A stretch of 64,000 nucleotides of DNA from Hypanus sabinus (taxonomy: Eukaryota), in assembly GCF_030144855.1 (NCBI RefSeq), contig NC_082712.1, positions 12,958,001-13,022,000 on the forward strand, in the 5' to 3' direction. Position 1 is the first letter of the stretch, and each line of letters opens with the position of its first letter. Of this stretch, positions 38,152-50,041 are shown piece by piece. The notes beneath the pieces were generated by a model. It was not told the origin of the DNA and did no database searches. It saw only the letters and a list, made by a program, of their open reading frames with translations. The position numbers and the translations under genes were made by a program.

Positions 38152-38254
38152 GGACAGGCGCTTCTGAAACCGTGCTGATGTTGTGTAGCCCACTCGGACT
38201 GAAAACTCTCGCCCTTTTAGTGATGGGTGCCGTTCTCTACTGTGACAAACTCAG
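38152..38254 (+). CDS. Transmembrane exon with intramembrane Lys (GTGASETVLMLCSPLGLKTLALLVMGAVLYCDKL)
   Basis: TTTCTCTTCAG acceptor, phase 1; Lys codon 38202-38204; resembles Siglec-15 GASTVALLLGALGFKALLLL as recalled; conserved in the duplicate at 61559. Confidence 0.85.
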
Positions 38255-40062
38255 GTACTGTATGTACTAATGCTGAAGGCTCTTGCCGTGACGTGACTGA
38301 AATCCGATTCTCTCAGACAGTCGGTGGACGTTGGGAACTGGCTCAAATACTTGAGTCGACCCAGTCAATACTTGTCGTTTGCTGTTTGTGGGAGCACCGT
38401 AGAAAATACTCGTTGCATCATAAGAGAGACTCCTTCAGAAGAGTTTGTAGACTATTTAGCATTCTGAGATTCCTTTCGGATTAAACGTACCCGCTAAACA
38501 GCCACCAAATGATAGACAAATTTATGGATATGTAGGAGCAAATGAGAGAAAACCTGCAGATGCTGTAAATTAAAGCAATACACACAAAATGCTGGAGGAA
38601 CTCAGCAGGCCAGGCAGCATCTATGGAAAAAGTACAATTGACGTTTCGGGCAGAGACCCTTTGGCAGAACTAGAGGAAAGGGTTAGGGCAACTGGCGCCC
38701 TTTGTTAGAAAGAATGTGAGCTCTTCCCATGTGCACGTCGGTTTCCCCGGGTGCTCTGGCTTCCTCCCATGGTCCAAAGATGTTCCAGTTATCAGATTAG
38801 TTGTTCATTGAGAACCGTCCTGTGATTAGGCTGAGATTACATCCCTGAGTTTCTGGGTGTCGCAACTTGGTGGGCCGTTGTATCTGTAAATAACAAAATG
38901 ATAAAAAATAGATTGAGCTAAGAGAAGGCTGACAGGTTGGCATAACACCGAGGGCCGAAGGGCCTGTACTGTGCTGGAATGTTCTACATTCTAATTACAA
39001 ATCTAATGTTGATGTGCACAAAAGGACACTCTGGAACCCAGAAGAAACAACAATACGGGAAAGTTTCGACTCTAGCCATCCCAAGTGCACTTGGGATCAG
39101 GTAGTGTAGTCAACCCAGGGTGAATTTGGTCTCTTGGTCTACACAAGACTAGTCCATGAGGCGAAATCCCTCAGAGATTTTGCACTCGACTGAATTTCTG
39201 TAGCCATCTCCCTCCACAATAATCCAGTTTAAACTGTTAGTGTATCAACTTCAAACATATTAACACTGAAAAGTATTCAAATGATTTCCATGTCTCTAAT
39301 ATCATTGATAATCAGTTTCCTCCTTAAATTACAGCCTCGATCTGTTACTGTCCCCAACACGTTTCATTTACTTAGTTCCTATGATTTTTGTATCCACTTC
39401 CCTCTCTTCCAGGTTCATCCCAAGAAATCTGATATTCAAATACCTGTATCCTAGAAATTGAGTCACAGACAGGATTAAATTCACTCTGCCATTCATAGAG
39501 GATTTTACTTTAGAATGGATATTCTGAGGGATTTCCAGAGCCAGAGGATGCTGAATCTGTGGAATTTACAGCCATAAATGCCTGTGGGAATACTTAAAAC
39601 AGAGATTGATGGGTTCCTGAATAGTAAGGGTGTCAAAGATGATGGGATGAGGACAGGAGAATGGGGTTGTTAGGGATAATAAATCAACCACGATGGGATA
39701 GCAGAGCAGAATAGAAGGGCTGGATTTGAAAAGTCTGACGCTATTTCATATGCTCTTACGGTCTGAATCTAAGTACTACACTATTTTATCAATATTATCC
39801 TATAGCCGAAGACCATCTTCCTGTCAACAACATGACCTATGTTGTTATGTCACCGTAAAGTTTCCAACTGAATAAATGTTTGGGCTCATCTCCAGTTTTG
39901 TTATCAAACACTGATACTGACGACAAAATTTATTCTGTGAGAATACCCATTCACGTCTCGAGCCAAATCCTTTCCAAGGTTATAAGTGAATTGGGGGAGG
40001 GAGTTGGATGTGGTGTCATTGTATGATCTAGATTCGTGTTAACCGTTTCGTTCTGTCCACAG

Positions 40063-40078
40063 AAAGCGACGAGACTGA
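40063..40078 (+). CDS. Probable terminal exon: short basic tail (R)KRRD-stop
   Basis: TTCTGTCCACAG acceptor conserved in the duplicate (63410); phase 2 join from CAG|GTACTG at 38254 gives YCDKLRKRRD*. Confidence 0.5.
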
Positions 40079-40339
40079 TCCACCGCAGGAGACTGAGAAG
40101 ACCGGTTTTCCAACCACAAGGTGCAGACGCAACGAGATCCAACGAGAACACCATGTTCCACGTGAAGAAATGTTATTTGTCTTTAATTGGCCTCTTCCTA
40201 GATTCACTCTACAACCTGTTTCAGAATTCTGGACTGAACATGCCAAATATGTAGAACCGGAGAACGATCGTAGATAGAGGCCGAATTAAGGCGGTGGTAA
40301 ATGCTGCACAGACAGCAATCACTATTGGGCTTAAGACAG

Positions 40340-40480
40340 TGAGAGGGGCGTGTGGCCAATTGGTTAAGGCTTTGGGCTCGCGATCTGAAGGTCATCAGTT
40401 CGAGCCCCAGCCATGGCAGCATGCAACGCACTTAGCCCCACACTGCTCCTGCACGTTTATAGCCCAGTGGCAGTGGTTGG
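40340..40480 (+). mobile_element. tRNA-derived SINE fragment
   Basis: TGGCCAATTGGTTAAGG A-box-like and AGTTCGAGCCC B-box-like motifs; no CCA or acceptor stem closure. Confidence 0.5.
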
Positions 40481-40659
40481 TGTAGTATGGACAGGAGAAG
40501 ACAGTGAGTAGGTGTGAGGTAGACCTGCACTGGTCATCTTTTCTGAGTCTCAGTCTGGAAATTATCCTTGAGGGAATCTTAAACAAGGTCTCCCAAGTCA
40601 TTTTGCTCCGCTGTATTTTTTTGTATTTTCTCTATTTTCACCCCATTTAAAAAAATAGT

Positions 40660-41480
40660 TAGCCTTTCATTTATTCTGCCAATGTGTATGACCATACACT
40701 TACCGACAATGCATTCCATCTCCACTTGTTTCCCCATTCTCCTAATCTGTCTGGGTCCTTCTGTAGTTGCTCCACTTCCTCAAACCCACCTTGCCTTCCA
40801 CATATCTTCGTATCATCAGCAAAGTCTGCATCAAAGCCAACAATACTATCATCCAAGTCATTAACATATAATGTAATGGGCTCTGTGCAATATCACGAGT
40901 TACCGTCAGCCAACCAGAAAAGGCTCCCTTCATGCCTGAGGATCTCAGTGGGCTAGGCAGCATCTATGGAACAGAGTACGCAGTCGATGTTTCGGGACCC
41001 TTCATACCCTGATCTCTTTTATCCATGTTAGGATATTCGATGTAATACCATGGGCGAGTAGTTTGTTACACAGCTCCATGTGTGGCATCTTGTCAAAGGA
41101 CTTCCAAAAATCCAAGTACACAAGATGAATTAATTTTCCGTTGTCTATCCTGCTCATACTTTCTCCAAAAAAATTCAAATATACTTGTCAGGCAAGATTT
41201 TACCTTGAGGAAACTGCTGACTACATGCTATGCTATCATGTGGCCTATAAATTCCTTTCTTCTGCTCTTCTCCTTTTTGAAGAGTGGAGTGATATTTGCA
41301 ATTTTCCAGTCTTCCGGAATCATTCCAGAACCTGGTGTTTCTTGTGGGATCATTACTAATGACTCAAAGATCTCTTCGGCCACCCCTTTCAAAACTCTGG
41401 TGTGTACACCATGTGGTTCAGATGACTTTTCTACCTTCAGACCTTTCGGTTCCCAAGAACCTTCTCATTAACAATGGTAA
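40660..41480 (-). mobile_element. Decayed CR1 RT fragments
   Basis: FADDTKICG...GEWGNKW on the minus strand. Confidence 0.7.
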
Positions 41481-42055
41481 CTTCACATTCTTCATGACCC
41501 CTGAAACCTGGTCCACTCTCCTGTCCTATCATATTCCTTCTTCTTCGGCTCTTGACCTTCCCCAGCCATCTGGCTTCACCTCTCAGCTTCCTGCTGGCCC
41601 TCCCCTACCCCCACCTTTACACTCTAGCACCTTCCCCCCTTCCTTCTCAGTCCTGAAGAATGCTCATGACATTTTGCCATACTAGTTGGCTTCCTTTCTG
41701 ATTGGATTTGTACTTGTGGTTTCATTGGAATTGTTCTTCTGGAGTGTAAATTTGCCTCAAACCACTATTGCTTCATCGCTGATAATAAATTTTGTCCTGT
41801 AAAATGTTTTCCAGTATTTCCCGTTCCACTAATGAACGATTCACAAACACAGCGGCTGAGCTTAGAATGTGGATCAGTGCTGAGATGTTGTGCCCATTAA
41901 AGATACTTCGATGGCTCGGGGCAGGAATGGCTACTTCGAATGCCAGGCTTTAGATGTTTCCGAAAGGACAGGGAAGGAGGAAAAAGAGATGAAGCCATGA
42001 CACTGCTGATCGGAGATAGTGGCACGGCTGCAGAGAAGGAGGAAGTCATGGAGGG

Positions 42056-45000
42056 TGTCACAATGTGGGGGCAAGGGTGCTGGGGAAGGACCCAAATGCA
42101 GGACAAACACATTTTGTCGGGTTAACTAAATAGAGTTTATTACTACTTACAAGGAGAGCCGTGACGCAAGGATAGAACAGAGAGAAATCAAGGAGAGCAA
42201 AGTGGAACTGGGAATAGGTGTAATGAACAAAGACTCTGGCCCTGGACTAGGCTGGGACTCAGGGTCTGGGCTAGGACTTGGAGCTGGGACATCGCAGCCA
42301 GATCTCGGATCGCGGACCTTGGAGCCAGGACGTGATACTTAAACACAGGAGATAGAACACTGAGCGGGGTCTGCTCCTTAGACACAAGACATGGAGCCGG
42401 AACTCTTGTTCAGGAGGATTTAAACTAATGTGGCAGGGGGATGGGAACAAGTGCAGAGAGACAGAGAGGAGTAAAGTGAGGGTTGAAGCAAAAAGTAGTA
42501 AGGTGAAAAGTAAACGTGGCAGACAGGCAAATCCAGGGCAAAAATTAAAAAGGGCCACTTTTCAACATAATTGTATAAGGGCTAAGAATGTGGTAAAAAC
42601 AAGCCTGAAGGCTTTGTGTGTCAATGCGAGGAGCATTCGTAACAAAGTGGATGAATTGAATGTGCAGATAGTTATTCATGAATATGATATAGTTGGGATC
42701 ACAGAGACATAGCTCCAGGGTGAACAAGGGATGCGGGATGGTTTTCTGAACCAACATGTTGAGGAACCAACTAGAGACTAGGCCATTCTAGACTGGGCAT
42801 TGAGCAATGAGGAAGGGTTAGTTAGCAATCTTGTCGTGCGAGACTCCTTGGGTAAGAGAAAAAGCAGCACGTCTGAGCACTGGGAGAAACTCAGAGTCCA
42901 GCAGAGGAGGACAAAGGGCTTAATTAGGAAAAGGGAAAAAAGATTATGAGTGAAAGCTGGCAGGGAACATAAAAACTGACTATAAAATCTTTTATTGATA
43001 TGCGAAAAGAAAAAGATTGGTTAAGACAAATATAGGTCCCTTACAGTCAGAAACAGTCATGGGGAACAAGGACATGGCAGACCAATTGAATAACTACTTT
43101 GGTTCTGTCTTCAATAAGGAGGACATAAATAATCTTCCGGAAATAGTAGGGGGCCGAGGGTCTAGTGAGATGGAGGAACTGAGGGAAATACATGTTAGTA
43201 GGGAAGTGGTGTTAGGTAAATTGAAGGGATTAAAGGCAGATAAGTCTCTCGGGCCAGATGGTCTTTATCCCAGAGTACTTAAGGAAGTAGCCCAAGAAAT
43301 AACAGATGCATTACTGATAATTTTTCAAAACCCTTTAGATTCTGGATTAGTTCCAGAGGATTGGAGGGTGGCTAATGTAACCCCACTTTTTAAAAAAGGA
43401 GGGAGAGAGAAACTGGGGAATTATAGACCGGTTAGCCTGACATCGGTGTGGGGGGAAAATGCTAGAGTTGGTTATGAAAGATGTGATAACAGCACATTTG
43501 GAAAGCAGTGAAATCATCAGACAAAGTCAGCACAGATTTGTGAAAGGTAAATCTTATAGAACCTTTTGAGGATGTAACTAGTAGAGTGGATGGGGAGAAC
43601 CAGTGGATGTGGTATATTTGGATTTTCAAAAGGCTTTTGACAAGGTCCCACACAGGAGATTAGTGTGCAAACTTAAAGCACACAGTATTGGCGGTATGGC
43701 ATTGATGTGGATAGAGTATTGGTTGGCAGACAGGAAGCAAACTGTGAGAATAAACAGGACCTTTTCAGAATGGCAGGCAGTGACTAGTGGGGTACCACAA
43801 GGCTCAGTGCTGGGACCCCAGTTGTTTACAATATATATTAATGATTTAGACAAGGGAATTAAATGCAGCATCTCCAAGTTTGCAGATGACATGAAGTTGG
43901 GTGGCAGTGTTACTTGTGAGCAGGATGCAGGGTGACTTGGATAGGTTAGGTGAGTGGGCAAATTCATGGCAGATGCAATTTAATGTGGATAAATGTGCAG
44001 TTATCCACTTTGGTGGCAAGAACAGGAAAACAGATTATTATCTGAATGGTGGCCGATTAGGAAAAGGGGAGGTGCAACGAGACCTGGGTGTCATTGTACA
44101 CCAGTCATTGAAGGTGGGCATGCAGGTACAGCAGGTGGTGAAAAAGGCAAATGGTATGTTGGCATTCATAGCAAGAGGATTCTACTACAGGAGCAGTGGG
44201 GTTCTACTGTAGTTGTACAAGGCCTTGGTGAGACCACACCTGGAGTATTGTGAGCAGTTTTGGTCCCCTAATCTGAGGAAAGACATTCTTGCCATAGAGG
44301 GAGTACAGAGGAGGTTCACCAGATTGATTCCTGGGATGGCAGGACTTTCATATGAAGAAAGACTGGATCGACTAGGCTTATACTCACTGGAATTTAGAAG
44401 ATTGAGAGGGGATCTTATTGAAACATATAATATTCTAAAGGGATTGGACAGGCTAGATGCAGGAAGATTGTTCCTGATGTTGGGGAAGTCCAGAACGAGG
44501 GGTCACAGCTTGTGGATAAAGGGGAAGCATTTTAGGACCAAGATGAGGAAAAACTTCTTCATACAGAGAGTGGTGAATCTGCAGAATTCTCTGCCACAGG
44601 AAACCGCTGAGGCCAGTTCATTGGCTATATTTAAGAGGGAGTTAGATACGCCCTTGTGGCTAAAGGGATCCAGGGGTATTGAGAGAAAGCAGGTACAGGG
44701 TTCTGAGTTGGATGATCAGCCATGATCATACTGAATGGCGGTGCAGGCTCGAAGGGCCGAATGGCCTACTCCTGCACCTATTTTCTCTGTTTCTTATTCA
44801 CGGGACAGACTCAGACACAGGATAGAAAGCATTGAGCATGGAATCCTCCTTAGGCACTGGACAGAGTCGGGACTCTTCTTGACACAGGGCCAGGACCCCT
44901 TTGAAACACAGGACATGGATACGGAGACAACACAGCGATAGACGGTACTAAAACTGGGCACGTTTGCCCCAAGCAGCGGTGAGCTCTTGACTCACCCTGG

Positions 45001-45603
45001 CGGGTTAACCTTGCCGGACCTGCTCGGGATTGCTGGTACTTCCTTCAGGAGGAGACGTGGCTTGCTCCGGCTGGATGACTTTGACTCACACCAGCTTCGT
45101 TAACACTCACTCGCTGAACGGCTGAAGCCGGAAACTTATAAACTGCCGGTTCGGTCGCGAGTAAATTGCCTTTAATCACCAAGCCCAAGGGACACGGGAA
45201 AACCAGGAATTAAAGGAAAACAAGGATCCAACGGTCGGATCGTAACACAAACAAGGTAAATTTAAAGTGAACCCAATCCGGACCCTGACAGTATCCACCC
45301 CCCCCCCCCCCCAATGGGAGCCTCCAGGCGACCAACAGGTTTGCCCGGATTATCAATGACCCGGGTGGTGAAGAGGGTTTTGGTCGGCGGGCAAAACAGA
45401 ACAACACCTTGCCCTTATATAACTGACGTATTTACCCCGTGGCTAAAGTGATAACTGGGACTTTGAGTCACTGTCTTGAATTGCACTCTGTGCGGGATTC
45501 TGGCTGACGAGAGTTTGAAAAAACAGTGTTTGTGTCTGCTGGGTCCATGTTCGGCGAGAGCGCTCTGTCACAATGTAGGAGCAAGGCTGCTGGGGAAGGA
45601 CCC
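42056..45603 (-). mobile_element. Non-autonomous Sushi/chromovirus-like LTR mini-element: 3' LTR 42056-45290 (split by CR1), G-rich PPT, ~275-bp internal region, truncated 5' LTR from 45566
   Basis: TGTCACAATGTxGGxGCAAGG...GGGGAAGGACCCAAATGCAG at both 42056 and 45566; C-run 45297-45312 next to TGACA; gag start MDPADTNT on minus just inside the LTR. Confidence 0.65.
42395..44795 (+). mobile_element. CR1 ORF2 with internal deletions, inserted in an LTR
   Basis: ORFs 43017..43511, 43603..43935 (FADD), 44213..44725; CR1 3' UTR and tail to ~44795. Confidence 0.9.
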
Positions 45604-47624
45604 TGATGCACCATCAATAACTCTCGGAGACTGGAAGTGAACGATAGGCTTCTATTAGCAGCAAGAGGGAGCACGACATCTCGGAGACTGAGGGAGGAGC
45701 AGTGCCCCAATCGCCTTTATACAGGGGTCTGTGGGAGGAGCCACAGGAGCAGTCAGCAGAGGGGCGTGTCCAGATAGGTATGCATAGTTTATCACATTCA
45801 CTCCCAACCTTTGTTTTAAAAGAGAGTCCCCACGGGGCGAAGTTTCTTACAAGTATATTTACAGGTCAAGTCTATCAGGCGGTCGAGTCTGTCGCTGCGA
45901 TCTACGGAGCACCGGTGGTGATTGCACCGGAGATGGTGGTTTTGCTGGCTCTGGCCTGACTTGAGGTGCCAGCCCGTTAGGCATCAGTAATCCCTCATGC
46001 GTGTGCGTTGCAGCCGGTATGGGAGTGTCGTGAGGAGTCTGTGTAGGGCTTGGGGTGCACGGTCTCTCGTGGGTACGGGGTTCATAGTCACCGTGGAGTG
46101 TTCGGGGTAGGGGTCTGGTGCTCCTGTGGGCGCCAGGTCGCGGACAGAGACCATGTCCTCCCGCCCATCAGGTAAGACCATGTAGGCATACTGGGGGTTC
46201 GCATGAAGTAGGTGAACCCTCTCGACCATCGGGGAGTACTTATTGCTCCTCACATGTTTCCAGAGCAGCACTGGCCCTGGGGACATCGGCCAAGCCGGTA
46301 GGGTGGTCCCAGTGGCAGACTTCCTGGGAAAAGAAAAGAGTCGCTCATGAGGGGTGGCATTGGTGGACGTGCATAACAGGGAGCGGATGGAGTGGAGCGC
46401 CTCGGGGAGGACCTCCTGCCATTGAGAGACCGGCAATCCCTTTGACCTAAGGGCTAAGAGTGTGGCCTTCCACACCGTGGCATTTTCCCTCTCCACCTGT
46501 CCATTCCCCAGGGGATTATAGCTTGTGGTCCTACCAGTAGCAATACCCCTAGCCAGCAGGTAATGGTGCAGCTCGTCACTTATAAACGAGGACCCTCTAT
46601 CACTGTGGATATAACAGGGATATCCGAACAGAGTGAAGAACCGGTGCAGGGCTTTTATGACGGACGTGGCAGAGGTATCAGGGCAGGGGATGGCAAAGGG
46701 GAACCCCGAGTACTCGTCGATAATATTAAGAAAGTAGACATTGCAGTCGGTGGAGGGAAGGGGGCCCTTAAAGTCAACACTCAGTCGCTCAAAGGGGCGG
46801 GTGGCCTTGATAAATTGTGCCTTTTCAGGATGGTAGAAGTGCGGTTTGCACTCAGCGCAGACTTGGCCGTCCCTGGTCATCATCTTGATTTCCTCAAGGG
46901 AGTAAGGGAGGTTCCCGGACTACACGAAATGCTAATGTTGGGTTACCTTCGGGTGGCAAAGATCTGCATGGAGGGCGTATAGCCGGTCGAGCTGCGCGCT
47001 GGCACATGTGCACTGACCTGATCCCTGTAACGAAGGCGTCTCTTACCAGCAGCTCCGCATGCTGTTCCACCATCAATCCCCTGCAGTCGCAGGCCCGCAA
47101 GAGTGTCTGTAGGGCCTGGACAAACTCAGCGCTCGACTCACGGGCCTGCTACCGCCGCATCGCTGAGCAATGTCTTGCATAGACGGTGTTCACCGGCTGC
47201 CGGTATTGCCTTTTGAGGGCATCCACCGCACCCCGGTAGTCCGTTTTGTCTCTGATCATGGAGTAGACCCTCATCGTGGCAGGATCGGTCACGTGAATCT
47301 CCTCCAGGTACGATTGGAAGCTTGATAGCCAGAGTTCAAAAGTGTCGCCACCTTCCTGGGATGAGGGTCGAGATCCCAATCTGTCTGGTCATAAAATGCT
47401 CTCCATGTTTTAAAATTGCTGCTAATAAAATTGATGCACCATCAATAACTCTCGGAGACTGGAAGTGAACGATAGGCTTTTATTAGCAGTAAAAGGGAGC
47501 ACGACATCTCGGAGTCTGAGGAAGGAGCAGTGCCCCAATCGCCTCTATACAGGGGTCTGTGGGAGAAGCCACAGGAGCAGTCAGCAGAGGGGCGTGTCCA
47601 GACAGGTATACATAGCTTACCACA
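45604..47624 (-). mobile_element. Internally deleted Gypsy element (2021 bp): 193-bp LTRs, gag start, integrase core; PR/RT/RH mostly absent; 5-bp TSD GACCC
   Basis: LTRs 47432-47624 and 45604-45796; GACCC at 45599-45603 and 47625-47629; integrase PFERLSVDFKGPLP...HSDRGSSF...ERENATV in 45984..46883; PPT-like AAAGGTTGGGAGTGAA. Confidence 0.93.
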
Positions 47625-47699
47625 GACCCAAATGCAGCGCACAAACAAAGAATGTTTGCGCGCTCGCGATGTAGATTACAAGTTTTATCGATGCACAAT

Positions 47700-47990
47700 A
47701 GAAAGCATTGGATATATAATGCCTTGCTGTGGCAATTACTCTGCACGAAACCATAGGAATCCGTAGACACAGCTCAGCACATCTCAGGAACCAGCTTCCC
47801 CTCTGCGGACTTCGGCTCGGTAAAGGGCCAGCAGAACCAAACAGCCCGAATACCCCGGAGGTCCTCTCATCTGTCCTCTCCAGATGCCAGAGCCTGAAAT
47901 CACCGACCACCAGGCTCAAGGTCAGCTTCGATGGGACATCTCAATGGACCTATTGTGAAATAAGCCTCTTGCCCTGACAACAGTTGAACA
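47700..47990 (+). mobile_element. Rex1/Babar 3' fragment
   Basis: CCGNYSA...TAQHISGTSFPS-like RT end. Confidence 0.55.
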
Positions 47991-48309
47991 GTACAGCACA
48001 TAAGCGGGCCAATCGGTCCATCTAGTCTATGCTGAACAATTGTGCTGCCTAGTCCCATGGAAATTCAGTGGTACCACAGCCCTTCACACCCCTCACATCC
48101 GCATAAGGGGGTGAAATTGACCCCGCATCCGCTACTTACGCTGGCAGTCCATCCACGTTCTCACCACATACTGAGTAAAAAACATTCCCACAAATTCACT
48201 CTGAACATTTCACCCTTCACCCGGTATCCTGACGTCTAGTTCTGATCGCGCTCGTCCTCCGGGGGAAAGGCCTCCTTGCATTTACCCTGTCCATAACACT
48301 TGGAATTTC

Positions 48310-48800
48310 ACAGATCCTGCAAATCAAAAGCAGCATGCACAAAATGCAGGAGGAACACAGCAGGACAGGCATCGTCCGTGACAATGAACAAACCGTCGGC
48401 ATTTCGGGACGGGAATGGAAGGCGGAAGGCTCCAGAATGAACATGTGGATTGAGGGGAAGAAGGATAGCTGGAAAGTAATAGGTGAAGCGAGGTGGGTGG
48501 GAAAGACAAAGGGCAGGAGAGGAAGATACCTGACAGGAGAGGAGAGTGAACCATAAGAGACAGGGAAGGAGAAAGGGCACCAGGGGTAGGTGATAGATAA
48601 GTTGAGAAGAAGTAAGAGTTCCGACTGGGGAATAGAACAGGGGTGGGGGGAATTTTTGTACCAGAAGGAGAAATCAATATTCATGCCTTTAGGTTGGAGA
48701 CTTCCCAGATGGAATATAATGTGTTGCTCCTCATCTTGAGGGTGGCTTCATTGTGACAGAAAAAGAGGCCATAGACTGAGATGTCAGAACAGGTTGGAAA
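48310..48800 (-). mobile_element. Penelope-like element 3' end (GIY-YIG C-terminus plus terminal repeat)
   Basis: Minus strand EEQHIIFHLGSLQPKGMNIDFS, matching the Penelope HLIFRLGTLQPxGxNxxF terminus. Confidence 0.7.
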
Positions 48801-50041
48801 TCAGATTTCAAATGTTGTGTCACTTGGAGGTTCTGCTTTTGGCGGATGGATGGACCTGTTCTATTCCTCTCATAGCTTTGTATCGCTCTATCAAATGTCC
48901 TCTTATTCTCCTGCACTTCAGAGAATAAGGTCCTAACGTACTTAACTTTTCCCTGTCGCTCGGGTCCCCAAGACCAACACATTTTTGGGCAATCTTTCAA
49001 ACTTATTGATATCTTGGCTGCAGGATGGTGACCAGAAATGCACAAATACACTTACATCTGATACAACTTGAACATAACATGCGAATTCTTGTACTCAATA
49101 CTTTGATTTATGAGGACCAACGTGCCAAAATCTCTTTGGTCTTCAGGGTATATCAATGTGACCTGTTACGCCTGTAGCCCCCTCCTTTGTGAGAATCACA
49201 AGATCACTGTTGGGTTGGGTAAAGGGACCCAGGAAAGGGGAAAAGAGACGTGCAGGCTGGCTCGTTTCCCCGGCGATGTAAAGCTACGGGACATGGTCAT
49301 TGTCTCTTGGTGACCAATTTGTGGATTGAGCTACTATACGATGTGAACGCCCTCAGGCATAGTGGGCTGGTTGAGGGAGGGAGTGCACACCCCCAACCTG
49401 ATTGACATCGGAGACCCCGTGAGGAAGTATAAAAGAGGGTCTGGGGAACAACCCCTTCAGACGCACCAGAAGAAACGTTAAGCGACCACGTAACAGCAGG
49501 AAGTCATCTGAAGGAAGCCACGTGCGTTCGATTCCGTGGCTGGAACCACGGAAAACAGCTTTCAGCTAACAACGGGGAAGCCCGCTCCCCTGACTCAACG
49601 GATTGGCATCTTAAAAGACCTGGGGCAAGTTTAAACCGCATCACTTTTAAACCCAATAACGCTGCAGCTTGAACGAACTGATAGTGACTGTTACCTTTCC
49701 ATCGGACAATACATTAACCCCTAGACAACAATAGAGCTATTACTTATTGGCTATTATTATACCCGCGCTTAGATTTAGTATTGACGATGTATATTATCTG
49801 TATGTTTGCATTAATCTTATTTTTGTGCCCTTTATCAATAAGTACTTTTAAAAATAGTACCAGCAGACTTCAACGGACCTCTCTATCTTTGCTGATAAGT
49901 GAACCAGTTACGGGAATTCGTAACAAAAGTTGGGGTTCTCGTCTCGAGATTTGACACCAAATTGGGAGGCCAGTGAATCGGGATTGTAAGTCCAAAACTT
50001 GGATCTGGTTACGCGGGTAGCCAGACGGGAAACCAGCAAAG

